From: Heterodontus francisci
Lineage: Eukaryota
Reading direction: 5' to 3'
Assembly: GCF_036365525.1 (NCBI RefSeq)
Contig: NW_027142279.1
Location: forward strand, 1 to 64,000
DNA: 64,000 nucleotides
Below the pieces are notes generated by a model. The model was given only the letters and a program-made list of their open reading frames with translations, searched no databases and was not told the DNA's origin. Shown here one piece after another: positions 61,701 through 64,000 of the stretch (position 1 is the stretch's first letter; each line of letters starts with the position of its first letter). The translations under genes and the position numbers were made by a program.

Positions 61701-62559
61701 CATATTGAGAGTGGAAAGGGATTGGTGAAGCTGGTAGAAATAACACAGCAGGCACATGAGCATTTTGTGGGAGTTTAGGATGGAGGGTTACTGGGGAATG
61801 TTAATGAGGGATGCTGGATGGCAGCTCCCCCAAGTGACTGTGCATGTATCGCGTGAATGGAGGAGGCTGGGGTTAGCAACGGAGCAGTGAGGGGAAAGAT
61901 TGAAACAGGCCAGATGATGTGTCTGGGAGTGGGGAATGGCCACGCAGTGTAAAAACACCCGTGTTGAGGCCTCTATTCTATTTTCTTTCTGAATCTCTCT
62001 ATCTGCTTTCAGTCACAGGATGTGGTTGTGCCTCTGATGTGCAGCATTCAGTGCCCACCACCTCACTGCCCTTGAGAAGGCGGCGATGAGCCCACCCCCA
62101 TTGCTGTCTGTGCCCATCACAGCTTTTGTACGAGCGACTGTCTTGCCCGGCCAATTCAGAGGGCCCTTTAAGAATCAACCATATTGTTGTGGGACTGGAG
62201 TCACCTCTTCAGCCAGACCGGATAAGGATGGCAGGTATCCCTCTCTCTGTGACAGATGAGGTTTTAGTCCAAGACAGTAGGTTAATGTTCACCGTGACTG
62301 AGAGCAGCTTTTCATCAATTCCAGCTTTATCTAATGAAGGGAATAGAAATAATCTAGCATGCTGGGATTTGAATTCACATCTCCAGGATATCAGCCCAGG
62401 CCCTTATATTACTAGCCCAGTAACATAACACTTTGCTACCTTACCCTTTAACCTACTGTTTTGCCTCAGCCCTAGGAGTGGAAAAATACAAATGTGTGTA
62501 GGGTAAACCCACAGAACAGGCTGTTTCTCTTTCTTGCTGCATCCGTGAACATGTTGAAA

Positions 62560-62612
62560 CATTTACAGCTGCACTCTGATAACCACACATCCTGACGGTG
62601 CCTTTCCTGTCT
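62560..62612. promoter_or_regulatory. Second copy of the E-box/GATA/Runx/Ets module
   Basis: CAGCTG 62566-71, TGATAA 62577-82, AACCACA 62581-87, CATCCTG 62588-94, TTTCCTG 62603-09. Confidence 0.5.
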
Positions 62613-63074
62613 CTGTGTCTCTCTGTACAATGCGATTCTGTTGCTGTATTGTGCTGACAAAGTCCTTCCACAACAGCATGCAAAGGAAACAGTGCAGAGG
62701 AACTTACAGGTGGTTAAGGCGACAAATTGAATGAACAGGGGAGATAGGAGGAGTTGCACTAGCTGGGTTGATCTTGCAGAGAGCTAGCAAAGACTCGATG
62801 GGCCGAATGGCCTCCTTCTATACTGTAACCAGTCTCTGATTCTATGATCGATTTCCTGTGGTCGGAGAATCTGAAAATATCTTTGATCAGTCAATCAAGT
62901 GTGAAGGAAATGCAACACCCAACATGTTTACATTGCTTGTTCTTTATTCCCTCAGGTAGAGAAGATTAAACGGTGATCTGACTGAGGTGTTTAAAACGAT
63001 TGAATGGGTTGACAGGGTAGATAGAGATAAACTGCTTCCTCTTGTTGGGGGCGGGGTACGAGGGCAGAACAGCA

Positions 63075-63825
63075 GAGAAGGAGCCTGTTCGGCCCTTCGA
63101 GTCCATGCGGGCTCTCTGTACAGAAATCCAGTTTGTCCCATTCCTCAAGCAAGTTTATTTCTCTCCAAGTTCCTGTCTATTTTCATATTGAAATCATTCA
63201 TTCTCTCTGATTCCACCACCCTGGTAGGCAGTGAGTTCCAGGTCATTACACCTCACTGCGTAAACAAGATATTCCTCACCTCGCCCCTGTATCTCTTGCC
63301 CAAAACCGTACATCTGTGTCCCCGAGCCCTTGTACCCATCAGCTCATGGGAACAGCTTTTCATTGTCTACTTTACCTAAACCTCTCTTCATTTTGTACAC
63401 TTCTATCAAATCTCCCCTCAATTTCCTTTGCTCCAAGGAGAACAACCCCAGCTTCAACAACCGAATCATGCAGCTAAAATCTCTCATCCCTGGAACCATC
63501 CCAATCCATCTCCTTTACACCCTCTCAAGGACCCTACAACCTTCCTCAAGTGTAGTGACCAGAACTGGACTCAATACTCAAGTTGGGGCTGAACAAGAGC
63601 CTTATAAATGTTTCGCTCAATCTCTCTGCTTTTGAACTCTACACCTCTATTTATAAATCTCGAGATCCCATAAGCTTTGTGAACCTCTCTCTCCATATGT
63701 CCTGCCACCTTCAAAGATCTATGCACATTAACCCCCAGGTCCCTCTGTCCTTGAACACTCTTCAGGCCTGTGTCATTAAGTCTGTATTTCCTCTCTGTCT
63801 CCCTTCTGCCAAAATGAATCACCTG
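63075..63825 (-). mobile_element. CR1-like LINE 3' fragment
   Basis: IHFGR...QRDLGVNVHRSLKVAGH...IYKALVQPQLEY. Confidence 0.85.
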
Positions 63826-64000
63826 ATAGCAATGTAGTTCACTGTTAACTGCCTCTGAGATGGGCTAGCAAGTCATTCAGTTCAGGGCAATTCGGCATAG
63901 GTAATGAATTCTGACCTTGTCAGTGATGTGCACATCCCTGAATATGTGCTTCTTTATATAAAATTCCTCCTTCTCCATTTTTCTTTCACTGTTTTCTGAC

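Overview
Eukaryotic genomic DNA from a cartilaginous fish, judged from V-SINE/CR1-type repeats and shark-like TCR sequences. The C-beta protein and the GGGACAAC D core recall published horn shark (Heterodontus) cDNAs, but that is from memory and unverified. The window holds a germline T-cell receptor beta (TRB) locus on the minus strand. In transcription order it has an orphan leader exon, two complete V-beta genes (leader, V exon, 23-RSS), D1 with 10 J-like segments, D2 with 16 J-like segments (about 20 J with open frames in total, the rest pseudogenes), and one four-exon C-beta gene (20359->17228). Four features are not explained by the standard annotation. (i) A second, highly divergent, inverted four-exon C-beta-like pseudogene lies on the plus strand (2356-9460), tail-to-tail with the functional gene. 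(ii) A ~1.5-2 kb block with an E-box/GATA/Runx/Ets module is present as a direct repeat at both ends of the V-D-J-C unit (~9.9-11.5 kb and ~61.0-63.1 kb). (iii) The D-J cassette was duplicated without C. (iv) CTCF-like sites bracket the D-J-C domain. The rest is LINE/SINE fragments, minisatellites, low-complexity tracts and N runs. Segment numbering is provisional.
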